From an uncultured Acidobacteriota bacterium (lineage in GTDB: Bacteria; Acidobacteriota; JAQAZP01): DNA of 64,000 nucleotides. The position numbers and the translations under genes are program-made. Below, piece by piece: positions 1 through 9,987 of this stretch. The stretch covers positions 832,001-896,000 of the forward strand of contig CAWIIB010000009.1 of NCBI GenBank assembly GCA_963836075.1. Direction: 5' to 3'. Each line of letters starts with the position of its first letter. Positions within the stretch are counted from its first letter, which is position 1. The notes under the pieces were generated by a model, which worked only from the letters and a program-made list of their open reading frames with translations, had not been told where the DNA came from and did not search any database.

Positions 1-484
1 GCTTATTGAAGCGCTGGCTGAAGAATTCAGAATGGTCAACCGTATTGCTGACAAGAAACTGATCCCCCTTCATCAGGAAATTGACCTGTGCAAAACACAT
101 CTAACGCTCATGGGCCTTAGAATGGGCTCGACGTATGAGCTGGTAACCGACGGGTTGTCTGAAGAGGCACAAGTTCCCCCGATGATATTCCACACCCTCA
201 TCGAAAATTCACTCACCCATTCCTTCAAATCGCAGGAAAGCGGTACGATCCGGCTGACCTGTGAGAGCGATGAACGGCGGACGGTCTATCACTTGTCCAA
301 TAAGGGCTCACGGCTGGGAGAGATGTCCCGAAAGCTGGAAGAGGAGATCCATGAGGGCATGGGATTGAAATATATCAAGGCGCGGCTGAATGAGAGTTTT
401 GCTGACAACTGGAGTCTGGACTCCACCCTGGACGGTGGGCAATGGAAGGTCACCATTGCCATCGAGCATCCTGCTTCCACTTGA
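1..484 (+). CDS. LytS/YehU-type sensor histidine kinase, C-terminal part (5' end outside window)
   Basis: IPLxxEIxxCxxHLxLMxLR, VPPMIFHTLIENSLTH and GMGL motifs of the His_kinase/HATPase region; directly upstream of a LytTR regulator. Confidence 0.85.
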   Translation, partial: LIEALAEEFRMVNRIADKKLIPLHQEIDLCKTHLTLMGLRMGSTYELVTDGLSEEAQVPPMIFHTLIENSLTHSFKSQESGTIRLTCESDERRTVYHLSNKGSRLGEMSRKLEEEIHEGMGLKYIKARLNESFADNWSLDSTLDGGQWKVTIAIEHPAST

Positions 485-501
485 ACCCTGGAAACTTGCA
501 G

Positions 502-1209
502 ATGCCAATGAATATCCTGATCGTTGAAGATGAGTATCCCACCGCGGATTACACCCGGCAACTCTGCCGCGAAATTCTGGGGAACCAGCTGGGCTCCATA
601 GCCATGGTTCACGACCTGGCCGAAGCCCTGGAGCATGTGGGCAGGCATCCCGTTGATCTGTGTTTGCTGGATCTCAACCTCCATGGCGAGAGCGGATACA
701 AGCTGCTGCAGACGGCCGCGGCGCAGTCCTTTCATACGGTCATCATCTCAGCCTACCCCGATCAGGCCCTGGAGGCGTTTCAGTACGGTGTCCTTGATTT
801 TATCGTAAAGCCTTTCGGGAGACAGCGATTACAGGAGGTGCTCAACGGCGTTAAGGAGCGAACAAAGAAACACGATGTAGATACCAGATACCTCAGCGTA
901 AGAGTAAACGAGAGGTATCGGCTGGTAGAAATCGAAAACATCCAGTACATGAAATCAGACGGGCCCTACGTCGAGCTTCACTTCAAAGACGGAACAATGG
1001 AGCTGTTGACGAAAACAATGAATCGGCTCGAACAGATCCTTCCGGCCTGCTTTTTCCGCACACATCGGTCCTATTTCGTCAACCTGGATGAAATCGATTC
1101 CTTTTATCACTCCGGCGGCGGCACGTATGAGCTTACCTTGAAAGACACCACGGTGTTGCCGCTGAGCAGAACCAAATACAAGATCCTCTACGACCTGTAT
1201 AACAACTGA
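502..1209 (+). CDS. LytTR-family response regulator
   Basis: Receiver domain (ILIVEDE, LLDLNL, DFIVKP) plus LytTR DNA-binding domain (FFRTHRSYFVN, LPLSR); start at ATG 502 or 508. Confidence 0.92.
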   Translation: MPMNILIVEDEYPTADYTRQLCREILGNQLGSIAMVHDLAEALEHVGRHPVDLCLLDLNLHGESGYKLLQTAAAQSFHTVIISAYPDQALEAFQYGVLDFIVKPFGRQRLQEVLNGVKERTKKHDVDTRYLSVRVNERYRLVEIENIQYMKSDGPYVELHFKDGTMELLTKTMNRLEQILPACFFRTHRSYFVNLDEIDSFYHSGGGTYELTLKDTTVLPLSRTKYKILYDLYNN

Positions 1210-1389
1210 TTTATCCCGCCATATCTATCAATTGCCGCCAGGATTGCATCTGATAAAGCCATATTGAAGTTTGTGCAGTAATCGCATCTTTCCCTTCAAC
1301 TTTCCCGTTTAGTGAGCATAAGAACGGCTCCCGAGAGCATCAGGGAGTCCATGTTGTGAACGGAATTCATAAAGTCGAAAGGGGAAGTC

Positions 1390-2091
1390 ATGAGAAAGCG
1401 AAGCTCATTTTTGGCATTGATTCTGATCCTGGTTATGGGCGCCGCTGCAAGTGCCCAGACGGTGGATGATGTGATTACCAAAGCGACCGCCGCTATCGGC
1501 GGTCAGTCGGCGCTTGATGCGGTAAAATCCATCAGGCTGAACATGACAGGCACACTGATGGGCAAGGAAGTGGAAATGGAAATAATGACCCTGAAACCAG
1601 ACTGCAAGATGATTAAAATGAGCTTTTCCGGCATGAACATTGTCAGTGCGACCGATGGCACCGATTACTGGGAGCGCCGGAAGGGAAAAGTTGCGGATAT
1701 GCCGGAAGTTGGCGCGGCGCAGTTCGGGGCGAGCTTCAATAATTTCAGTGCTGCCGGTGTTGCGGACTTGATTGGAAACGGTACTTTCACCTACTCGGGG
1801 AAAGAAGATGTTGATGGTATACGTGCTGACGTCGTGAAAGGCACTATCACAGGCTCTGGCGATGTATCAATGTACTTTGATCCGGCCGGCCTGCCATTCA
1901 GAATACTGATGCCCACAAAAGAGGGCGACTTGGATATGTATATCACTGACTATCGTGACGTCGGCGGCATGAAGATCGCTTATAAATTTGAATCTTTCAC
2001 AAATGGCTCGCCGATGATGGATCTGGAAATCACGAAGGCAGAAGCAAATGTTGATATTGATCCTTCAGCATTCGCCAGGCCTGCTCAATAA
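1390..2091 (+). CDS. Secreted protein, LolA-like / outer-membrane lipoprotein-sorting fold
   Basis: Signal peptide ending ASA-Q; AIGGxxAL N-terminal motif and DYRDVGGMKIAY C-terminal motif typical of this family. Confidence 0.6.
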   Translation: MRKRSSFLALILILVMGAAASAQTVDDVITKATAAIGGQSALDAVKSIRLNMTGTLMGKEVEMEIMTLKPDCKMIKMSFSGMNIVSATDGTDYWERRKGKVADMPEVGAAQFGASFNNFSAAGVADLIGNGTFTYSGKEDVDGIRADVVKGTITGSGDVSMYFDPAGLPFRILMPTKEGDLDMYITDYRDVGGMKIAYKFESFTNGSPMMDLEITKAEANVDIDPSAFARPAQ

Positions 2092-2112
2092 ACCCTGAAA
2101 ATTTATGAATTT

Positions 2113-2150
2113 GAAACAGCCCTGCCGGTTTTGGCGGGGCTGTTTCTTTA
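2113..2150 (+). terminator. Intrinsic terminator
   Basis: GAAACAGCCC...GGGCTGTTTC stem followed by TTT, just after the stop at 2091. Confidence 0.75.
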
Positions 2151-2152
2151 TA

Positions 2153-2311
2153 GAACATGTGTCTGATGAAGCCTCAGTGATCCAGGCCACCCTGGCCCGG
2201 TTCAATGGCCACCGGGTAAAGACCGCCCAGGCCCTGGGCATCCACAAGACCACCCTGCTGCGCAAGATGAAGAAGCTGGGGGTGACGTGGTCACGCCGCC
2301 ACCAGGGATAG
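2153..2311 (+). pseudogene. Orphan 3' remnant of a sigma54-dependent activator (Fis-type HTH_8 only)
   Basis: EASVIQATLARFNGHRVKTAQALGIHKTTLLRKMKKLG is a bEBP C-terminal HTH; no AAA+ domain or RBS upstream, and it begins right after a terminator at a GC shift. Confidence 0.75.
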
Positions 2312-2418
2312 GCCAAAAAAACCGGCCAACCCTCGATCTCCGCGCTACAATTTTCGTATCTAGTCTTTGATGGACCGAATTAATACCCGAACGAACAATT
2401 GAACAGCGGAGGAAAGTC

Positions 2419-5029
2419 ATGGTTTCCACCAACCAGACACGGGGTATCCGTCTCCACGGGGTGTTCTTGCTGCTCCTGATCCTGTCGCTGGCCGTTTCTG
2501 CAAACGGGCCGGGGACTCACGCCGCCGAACTGTCCGCTGCACCACCCACCGGTTCGGGCATACTCCCCATTTTCGAGTTGCTTAGGCAGCCCACGCACCC
2601 CGCCCCGAACCTGCGGCCCGAGCTGGCACCGAAATCTGCCGGCGGCGACTGGCAGGCCCTGATCGACGCCACCTGGGGCGATGGAGACCCGGTGGAGCAG
2701 CAGGAGCTGTTCACCCTCTGGCGGGATACCCTCGACCATGACTTCTGCGCCTACATCAACCATGACGTGGACATCCCGGCGCTCTGCGACCCGCTGTGGG
2801 ACGAGCTGACCTCGGGCGACGTCAGCCGCGGCCGCTTCACGGCGATCATGCAGATTATCAACCGGGCGCACATGAACGCCCACACCCTCTTCTGGGACTA
2901 CCAGGTCAGCGGGACGACGCTGGAGCCGGGCGTGCCGCTGATGGGCTACTTCTCCGGCGGTTACAACAGCCACTTCGCCGCCTCTCTCACCGTGCACGAC
3001 GGCGAGGCCTTTGTCTATGACGTGGTGCCCGACCACCCGCTGGGCCTGGAACCGGGCGACGTCATCCTCGGCTATGACGGCGTGCCCTGGCTGGAGCTGC
3101 GCCAGCAGCTGCTCGACGCCCAGCTCCCCTACGTCGGCGTTCTGGGCACCTCACCGGCCGCGGAAGATCACTATGCCAGGATTTCCGTGGGGCGGAACTG
3201 GCACCTCTTCGACACCATCGACATCCGCAAGTACGGCAGCGGCGAGGTCCAGCACCTGCCCACAAGCCTGATGGGGGATCCCGGCGTGGGCTTCGGGCAC
3301 ACCGGTTTCGAATGGCTCGACGTGGGCATCCCCCTGCCCTCGGTGGACGACTTCATCACCTGGGGCGTGCTCGAGCGGGGGGATCTGCGGATCGGCTACA
3401 TCTACTGCCTGGCCTGGTCCACCGGCACGGGGACGGTGTTCCGCACGGCCTGTCTCGAGATGATGGACGACCCTGACCTGGACGGGCTGATCCTCGATTT
3501 CCGCACCAACTGGGGCGGAAGTATGTACGAGTGCAATGGCGGCCTGAGACTGCTCTTCAACCAGGACACCACCACCATCGATTTCGGCCAGCGCAACGAC
3601 CCGGACGACCATCTGTCCATGGGCGTCACCGGTTTTCCCGGATTCTACGAAATCCCCGGCGATGCCGGCTCATTTTTCAGCCACCCCATCGCCGTGCTGC
3701 TGGGGCCCGCCGCGGTGAGCGCCGGGGACCAGGTGGCCCTGCGCATGACCTACCACCCCATGGTCCGGACCTTTGGCAAGGCCACCTCCACCACCTTTGA
3801 CAGCCCGGTAGAGCTGCTCCTCGGCGCCGGCCCCGATTACATCGCGCGGTATTCGAAACACGACGCCTATCGCTGGGACTCGCCCGGCGAGTACCTGAAC
3901 CACGTGGGGTTTCCGGTGGACGAGGAGGTCTGGCTGGAGCCGGACGACGTGGTCCAGGGCATCGACACGGTGGTGGAACGGGCGGTGGCCTGGATCGCCG
4001 AAACCGAACCCATGGCCCGGCCGCTGGTGGTCACCGGGCCCGGGCCCGGCCCGGACAACGTCACCGACGTCCACACCTATTCCCCGGCGGACACCTCGGC
4101 TCCGGTATCTGTGATCGATGCCTATGGCGTGGACCGCTACGGGGTCAACGTGGCCGCGGCCGACGTGGACGGTGACGGGTACGACGAGATCCTCAGCGGC
4201 CCGGGGCCGGGGGCGGTCTTCGGGCCCCACGTGCGGGCCTTCGAAGCCGACGCCTCACCGCTGCCCGGGTTGAGTTTCATGGCCTACGGCACCAACAAGT
4301 TCGGGGTGCTCGTCGCCGGCGGGGACCTGGACGGTGACGGCCGGGACGAGATCGTCACCGGCGCCGGTCCCGGCGCCGTGTTCGGGCCGCACGTCAGGGG
4401 GTTCTCCTATGACGGGTCGTCGGTGACCCCGGTGCCGGGGGTGAGCTACTTTGCCTACGGGACACCCAAGTGGGGAGTCAATGTCTGTACCGGCGACCTG
4501 GACGGCGACGGCATGGACGAGATCGTCACCGGTGCGGGGCCCGGTGCGGTGTACGGGCCGCATGTCCGGGGCTGGAACGTGGACGGCGGTGCGGCGGATC
4601 CCGATGAGCCTGGTCAGTTTCATGGCCTACGGCACCAACCACTACGGGGTGAACCTGGCGCTGGGCGATATCGACGGCGACGGGTTCGACGAGATCATCA
4701 CCGGCCCCGGCCCCAGCCCGGTGTTCGGGCCGCACGTCCGCGGCTGGAACGTGGACGCCGGCCCGGTGGCACCGATCCCCGGGATCAGCTTTTTCGCCTT
4801 CAGCTATACAGAGTGGGGTGTCGGGGTGGGCGCCGGTGATTTCGACGGTGACGGCATCGACGAAATCCTTGCCGGTAATGGTCCTGCCACGTCCTACGCA
4901 CCGACGATCAAGGTTTTCTCCTGGGACGGCGCCACGCTGACCCTGGTCCACACCTTCACCGCCTATCCGGGCCAGGACCTGAGCCACGGCGTGAAGGCGA
5001 CCATCGGCGCTTTCGATTGGATGAACTGA
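2419..5029 (+). CDS. Secreted S41-family peptidase with C-terminal FG-GAP-like propeller module; frameshifted near 4597 (pseudogene or sequencing error)
   Basis: Signal peptide, PDZ-like segment (GLEPGDVILGYDG), LILDFRTNWGG and VSAGD S41 motifs; repeats continue in ORF 4451..5029 after one extra base (VDGGAA/IPMSLVSFMAYG). Confidence 0.8.
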
Positions 5030-5092
5030 TCAGATCCATGGCGGATGGTCGTATTTTCGGTATCCGTAGAGAAAAGACCGATAAGATAGCCG

Positions 5093-5144
5093 GGTAGCAT
5101 AATTGCCACCTTTTGCCGCAATTACAGGTAGCGTTATTGCAACC
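5093..5144 (+). promoter_or_regulatory. Tandem imperfect palindromes, probable enhancer (UAS) for a sigma54 activator
   Basis: GGTAGCATAATTGCCACC (5093-5110) and GGTAGCGTTATTGCAACC (5127-5144), about 80-130 bp upstream of a -24/-12 promoter. Confidence 0.65.
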
Positions 5145-5219
5145 CATGTGTCCGTTGCCCGCCTCCGGCAATCCCCATAAACAGTTGCAATAAAAAGATA
5201 TGACCGCCGCAAGCCCTTC

Positions 5220-5236
5220 CTGGCACGGTTTATGCT
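5220..5236 (+). promoter_or_regulatory. sigma54 (-24/-12) promoter of the ORP-type operon
   Basis: CTGGCACGGTTTATGCT with exact GG-N10-GC spacing, upstream of RBS GGAGGAG and ATG 5263. Confidence 0.85.
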
Positions 5237-5262
5237 CTTTCCCATGCCTGGGAGGAGAACCG

Positions 5263-5745
5263 ATGCGGATTGCCATTGCCACTTACAGAGAAATGATCTC
5301 ACCGAGATTCGACTGCGCCTCCACCCTCCGCGTGCTGGAGTGGGCGGGGAACGACCCGTCGGATCGCCGGGAAGAACTGCTCCAGCTGGCCGAGGGAAGC
5401 AGTCACGCCGAAATGCTCCTCCGTCAGAATGTGTCCGCCCTGCTCTGCGGCGGGATCAGGCGCTGCGATTATCACCGCCTGTCCGATGGCGGAGTGAATG
5501 TCGTGGCCGGCCACTTCGGACCCTGGCTCGACGTGCTCAGGGAGTACGTCGCCGGTCGGCTGAAATCCCAGCCCTCATGGGAACGGCCCCGAGGCTGTGG
5601 ATGGGGCATGGGACGCGGGCGGGGTCAGGGACAAGGCCGTGGCCAGGGCCAGGGACAGGGCCGCGGAATGGGGCGCGGCCAGGCTGGACGGGGCGGCGCC
5701 GGACAGGGGCCGCGCGGGGGCGAATCCGGCCCCCGGCAACGATAA
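5263..5745 (+). CDS. NifB/NifX (Nitro_FeMo-Co) family protein with Gly/Arg-rich tail
   Basis: MRIAIA...ISPRFDCA...LLCGGI motif; C-terminal GRGRGQG low-complexity region. Confidence 0.8.
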   Translation: MRIAIATYREMISPRFDCASTLRVLEWAGNDPSDRREELLQLAEGSSHAEMLLRQNVSALLCGGIRRCDYHRLSDGGVNVVAGHFGPWLDVLREYVAGRLKSQPSWERPRGCGWGMGRGRGQGQGRGQGQGQGRGMGRGQAGRGGAGQGPRGGESGPRQR

Positions 5746-5783
5746 CGATAACGAAAGAAACACAACGGAAAAGGAGAAATAAC

Positions 5784-6032
5784 ATGCCAGCAAAAGATGG
5801 AACAGGACCTGATGGAAGAGGGCCGGCGACGGGACGCGGCCAGGGCGGCTGCGGCCAGGGCGGCTGCGGCCAGGGCCGCGGTGCCGGACAGGGACGCGGC
5901 CGGGGTGCCGGACAGGGCAACGGTCAGCAGGGCTCCGGACAGGGACGCGGCCGGGGCCAGGGAGTTCGCGGTGGAGCAGGCAATCCTGCTGCCGGCCGGA
6001 AGCAGGGCGGCAGGGGACGCGGCCAGCGCTGA
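5784..6032 (+). CDS. DUF5320-like small Gly/Arg/Gln-rich protein
   Basis: RBS AAGGAG; MPAKDGTGPDGRGPATGRGQGGC N-terminal motif. Confidence 0.7.
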   Translation: MPAKDGTGPDGRGPATGRGQGGCGQGGCGQGRGAGQGRGRGAGQGNGQQGSGQGRGRGQGVRGGAGNPAAGRKQGGRGRGQR

Positions 6033-6075
6033 ACCGCACACAAGCGCACGAAGCGCACAAACGGAGGATAGACAG

Positions 6076-6387
6076 ATGCCAGGAATGGATGGAACAGGAC
6101 CGATGGGCACTGGCCCCATTGGAGGAGGACGGGGACCCTGTGGACGCGGAATGGGACGCGGCAGGGGCATGGGCCAGGGCGCCGGAAACCGCTTCGGGCG
6201 GGGCACCGGGTTTGACCCCCGCATGAGAGGCAACTGGTTCGGCCGAGTCTGGGGTCAACAGTATCCCGGCTCCGAACCCATGGCTGACCGGGAGGCACTG
6301 CAGGAACAGGTTCGGATGCTGGAAAACGACCTTCAGGCCGTCAGACAGCAGCTGGACGCACTGGGGCCCGCAACAAAGGAAGAGTGA
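6076..6387 (+). CDS. DUF5320-family protein
   Basis: RBS GGAGG; MPGMDGTGPMGTGP...GRGPCG motif and C-terminal coiled coil (LQEQVRMLENDLQAVRQQLDAL). Confidence 0.8.
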   Translation: MPGMDGTGPMGTGPIGGGRGPCGRGMGRGRGMGQGAGNRFGRGTGFDPRMRGNWFGRVWGQQYPGSEPMADREALQEQVRMLENDLQAVRQQLDALGPATKEE

Positions 6388-6422
6388 AGGGTCGCCGCCC
6401 GGCAGCGGCCCGGAGAGAAGCC

Positions 6423-7292
6423 ATGATTATCAGTATCGCCTCCGGGAAGGGTGGCACCGGAAAGACCACGGTGGCCACCAACCTGGCGGCCGTCACCCCG
6501 GGCGCCGTCTATGCCGACTGCGACGTGGAAGAGCCCAACGGGCACATCTTCCTCAAGCCGGAGTTCGATAGACGCGAGCCGGTTCACAGCCTGGTCCCGC
6601 GGGTGGACCTCTCCCGCTGCACTTTCTGCGGAAAGTGCCGGGAGGCCTGCCGGTTCAACGCCCTGGCCGTCCTGCCGGAAAGCGTGATGGTCTTCGACGA
6701 ATTGTGCCACAGTTGCGGCGGGTGCATGCTGGCCTGCCCGGAAGAGGCGATTCACGAAGAGGCCCGCGAAATCGGCATGGTAGAACAGGGCCAGACGAAC
6801 GGAATACTCTTCATCCACGGCACGCTGTCCATCGGCGAAGCGATGAGCCCGCCGGTGATCAGGGCGGTGCGCAGCCGCCTGCCTTCCGGAGTCCCGGTGA
6901 TCCTCGACGCGCCCCCCGGCACCTCCTGCCCGGCGGTGACCTCGGTGCAGGGAAGCGACGCCTGCCTGCTGGTCACCGAGCCCACACCCTTTGGCCTCCA
7001 CGACCTGAAACTGGCGGTGGACATGGTGCGGGCGCTGGGTGTGCCCTTCGGGGTGGTCGTCAACCGGGACGGCGCCGGTGACGACCGGGTGGATGCCTGG
7101 TGCCGGGCTGAACAGATTCCGATCCTGGCCAGGATCCCGGAAAGCCGCCCGCTGGCCGAAGCCTATTCGAGGGGCATTCTCGCGGTATGGGCGCTGCCCG
7201 AACTCACCGGGCTTTTCCAGGAGTTGTGGCAAAACGCCGTGGCCCTGGTCCGAAAGGGTGACATCGGGGAGGAGGGAAGATGCGCGAGCTGA
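6423..7292 (+). CDS. MinD-superfamily P-loop ATPase with inserted 2x[4Fe-4S] ferredoxin domain (ORP complex)
   Basis: IASGKGGTGKTT, DCDVEEPN, CxxCxxCxxxC twice, DAPPGTSC, EPTPFGLHDL. Confidence 0.92.
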   Translation: MIISIASGKGGTGKTTVATNLAAVTPGAVYADCDVEEPNGHIFLKPEFDRREPVHSLVPRVDLSRCTFCGKCREACRFNALAVLPESVMVFDELCHSCGGCMLACPEEAIHEEAREIGMVEQGQTNGILFIHGTLSIGEAMSPPVIRAVRSRLPSGVPVILDAPPGTSCPAVTSVQGSDACLLVTEPTPFGLHDLKLAVDMVRALGVPFGVVVNRDGAGDDRVDAWCRAEQIPILARIPESRPLAEAYSRGILAVWALPELTGLFQELWQNAVALVRKGDIGEEGRCAS

Positions 7293-8170
7293 CCGTGATC
7301 AGCGGCAAGGGCGGGACGGGCAAAACCAGCCTGGTAGCCGCCATGGCTTCCCTGGCGCCCTCGGTGGTCTGCGCCGATTGCGACGTGGACGCGGCGGATC
7401 TCCACCTGCTGCTGGCTCCCGATACCGTGGAACGGCACGAGTTCGAGGGCGGCCTCATCGCGGCCATCGACCCCGGTCTCTGCAGCGCCTGCGGCACCTG
7501 CCGGGAGTTGTGCCGCTTTGACGCCGTCATCGAAAAAGACGGTGTCTTCACCATCGACCCACACCTCTGCGAGGGGTGCGGCGTCTGCCACGACCACTGC
7601 CCGGTGGAATGCATATCCCTGGAACGGGAGACCGCGGGGCAGTGGTTCGTCTCCGATACCCGGGTGGGACCGATGGTCCACGCCCGGTTGGGTATCGCCC
7701 AGGACAATTCCGGGAAACTGGTCTCCAAAGTGCGGGAACGGGCCCGGGAGGTCGCACAGGAAAATGAGTTGGACCTGGTGCTCATCGACGGGTCGCCGGG
7801 TATCGGCTGCCCGGTGATCGCCTCGATTACCGGGGCGGACCAGTTGCTTGTGGTTTCCGAACCGACCATGTCCGGCTTGCACGATATGGAACGGGTCCTG
7901 GAGCTGGCCGCCGGATTTCGAGTGCCGGTGGCCGTCTGTGTCAACAAGCATGACCTGAACCTGGTGATGACCCAGCGAATCGCCGAACAGGCGGAAACTG
8001 CCGGTGCGGTCTTTTTGGGGGAGATTCCCTTCGACCGCAGTGTTACCGCGGCGATGATCGCCGGCCAGACTCTGCCGGAGTTCGGCCCCTCCCCGGCGGC
8101 AACGGCGGTGGGGAAGATCTGGGAAAAAGTGAATAAATTGTGCCGACCACAAACGGAAAGGAAAATATAA
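7280..8170 (+). CDS. Second MinD-superfamily ATPase with inserted ferredoxin domain (ORP complex)
   Basis: VISGKGGTGKTS, DCDVDAADL, two CxxCxxCxxxC, NSGKLV, DGSPGIGCPV. Confidence 0.92.
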   Translation: MRELTVISGKGGTGKTSLVAAMASLAPSVVCADCDVDAADLHLLLAPDTVERHEFEGGLIAAIDPGLCSACGTCRELCRFDAVIEKDGVFTIDPHLCEGCGVCHDHCPVECISLERETAGQWFVSDTRVGPMVHARLGIAQDNSGKLVSKVRERAREVAQENELDLVLIDGSPGIGCPVIASITGADQLLVVSEPTMSGLHDMERVLELAAGFRVPVAVCVNKHDLNLVMTQRIAEQAETAGAVFLGEIPFDRSVTAAMIAGQTLPEFGPSPAATAVGKIWEKVNKLCRPQTERKI

Positions 8171-8532
8171 TGAAGATCGCAATCACCTCCAGCGGAACGA
8201 CGCTGGACGACGAAGTGGACCCGCGGTTCGGGCGCGCGAAGTATTTCCTGGTCTACGACACGGAAACCGGCGTGCTCCACGCGGTGGAGAACAGTCAGAA
8301 CCTGAACGCGGCCCAGGGCGCCGGCATCCAGGCCGGCCAGCTGGTGGCCGCCGCCGGCGTGACGGCTCTGCTAACCGGCAACTGCGGCCCCAAGGCCTTT
8401 CAGGTGCTGGGTCAGGCCGGAATCAAGGTCTATGTCAAGGTGGGAGGGCCGGTGCGCCAGGCCATCGAGGACTGGAAAGCTGGTACACTCACCGCGGCCG
8501 AAAACGCCAACGTGGAAGGACACTGGATGTAA
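8170..8532 (+). CDS. NifB/NifX-family protein, Orange protein (ORP)-like
   Basis: MKIAIT...VDPRFGRA...GAGIQA...TGNCGPKAF...ANVEGHW. Confidence 0.88.
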   Translation: MKIAITSSGTTLDDEVDPRFGRAKYFLVYDTETGVLHAVENSQNLNAAQGAGIQAGQLVAAAGVTALLTGNCGPKAFQVLGQAGIKVYVKVGGPVRQAIEDWKAGTLTAAENANVEGHWM

Positions 8533-8625
8533 CCAGGGGGTTTCGCGGGCCATCTGCCCCGAGGCGACCCTATTGAATCAACCGTCCCGGCAATCAGCGG
8601 GACCGTGAGACGAAGGAATCGATCG

Positions 8626-9876
8626 ATGCATGAAGAGCATGGCGGCGGGAGTTGTGGCGGCGGATGCAGTCACGGCGATGATCACAGCTCTCCGGCGGAA
8701 GACCGGGTGAAGGACACAGTGAAAAAGATCCGCAACAAGCTGCTGGTGATGAGCGGCAAGGGCGGCGTGGGCAAGAGCACGGTGGCAGTGAACCTGGCCG
8801 TGGCCCTGGCCAACCGGGGTCACAAGGTGGGCCTGGTGGACGTGGACCTTCACGGGCCCAGCGTGGCCGGCCTGCTCGGGCTCAACGACGCGCGGCTCAC
8901 CGGCAGCGAGGACAAGGTGCTGCCGATCCCCTTCTCGGAAAACCTCGACGTGCTCTCGATGCAGAACCTGCTGCCCAACCGGGACGACGCCGTGATCTGG
9001 CGCGGTCCGATGAAGATCGGCGCCATCCGCCAGTTCCTCGGTGACATCGAGTGGGGCGAGCGGGACTTCCTGATCATCGACTCGCCGCCGGGCACCGGTG
9101 ACGAGCCGCTCACCGTAGCCCAGGACGTGGACGGCCTCCGCGCCGTGGTGATCACCACACCCCAGGAGATCTCCCTGGCCGACGTGCGCAAGTCGATCAA
9201 CTTCTGCGGCCAGATGAACCTGCCGGTGGCCGGCGTGGTGGAAAACATGAGCGGCTATGCCTGTCCCAAGTGCGGAAACGTGGACGACCTCTTCGGCTCC
9301 GGCGGAGGCGAGACCGTGGCCGCCGAGATGAACGTGCCCTTCCTGGGCAAGATCCCCCTCGACCCCAAGGTGGTGGTGGCCGGCGACCGGGGCGTACCCT
9401 TCCTCGGCAGCGACGACAGTTCGGCAACCGCCAAGGCCTATGGCGTGGTGCTGGACAACCTGGAGCTGCTGCTGGCCGATCCGGTGCCGCTGGCGAAACG
9501 GGACCCGGAGGACGTGGCGCTGCCGGTCAACACCGACGGCGTGACCCGGTTTGCCATCCCGGTGGCCGGCGGCGTGCTCTGCAACCACTTCGGTCACTGC
9601 GAGCAGTTCGCCCTGATCGACGTGGAGGACGGGCAGCTCTCGTCAGCCGAGATGGTCACTCCGCCGCCCCACGAGCCGGGGGTGTTGCCCCGGTGGCTCT
9701 CCGGCCAGGGGGTGAACACCATCATCGCCGGGGGCATGGGCCAGCGGGCCCAGGGCCTGTTCACCGAGGCCGGCGTCAATGTGGCCGTGGGCGCCCCCAA
9801 CCTGGCGCCCGAAGAGCTGGTGACCCGGTATCTCGCCGGCACTCTGGTCACCGGCGACAACGTCTGCGACCACTGA
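8626..9876 (+). CDS. Mrp/NBP35 (ApbC) Fe-S carrier ATPase fused to a C-terminal NifB/NifX domain
   Basis: SGKGGVGKST, IWRGPMK, DSPPGTGD, ENMSGYACPKC; C-terminal CNHFGHC...PPHEPGVLP...NVCDH. Confidence 0.92.
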   Translation: MHEEHGGGSCGGGCSHGDDHSSPAEDRVKDTVKKIRNKLLVMSGKGGVGKSTVAVNLAVALANRGHKVGLVDVDLHGPSVAGLLGLNDARLTGSEDKVLPIPFSENLDVLSMQNLLPNRDDAVIWRGPMKIGAIRQFLGDIEWGERDFLIIDSPPGTGDEPLTVAQDVDGLRAVVITTPQEISLADVRKSINFCGQMNLPVAGVVENMSGYACPKCGNVDDLFGSGGGETVAAEMNVPFLGKIPLDPKVVVAGDRGVPFLGSDDSSATAKAYGVVLDNLELLLADPVPLAKRDPEDVALPVNTDGVTRFAIPVAGGVLCNHFGHCEQFALIDVEDGQLSSAEMVTPPPHEPGVLPRWLSGQGVNTIIAGGMGQRAQGLFTEAGVNVAVGAPNLAPEELVTRYLAGTLVTGDNVCDH

Positions 9877-9878
9877 TA

Positions 9879-9968
9879 AAAATGGGGACTGTCCCCAGGG
9901 CGGGACAGTCCCCGATTTCCGTCCCCATTTTCTTTGTCCTTGGAAAGAGGTAACTGTCACCTCTTTCC
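9879..9968. repeat. REP-like palindrome cluster
   Basis: GGGGACTGTCCCC (9884-9896), GGGACAGTCCCC (9902-9913) and GGAAAGAGGTAACTGTCACCTCTTTCC (9942-9968). Confidence 0.75.
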
Positions 9969-9987
9969 CCGAGGAGGAATATCCGCC

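Noticed and set aside
1210-1265. GCCA-containing direct repeats as LytTR binding sites
   Set aside because: Spacing is irregular (19 and 21 bp) and the match too short to support.
2105-2152. ORF track start for a 68-aa HTH protein
   Set aside because: The first codons run through the terminator hairpin and have no RBS; only the downstream HTH remnant is meaningful.
5841-5915. Short tandem repeats such as CAGGGCGGCTGCGGC twice
   Set aside because: Explained by the Gly/Gln/Arg low-complexity coding sequence.
5263-9876. NifB/NifX-type genes as evidence of nitrogen fixation
   Set aside because: No nifHDK or nifENB core is present; the context matches the ORP cluster instead.
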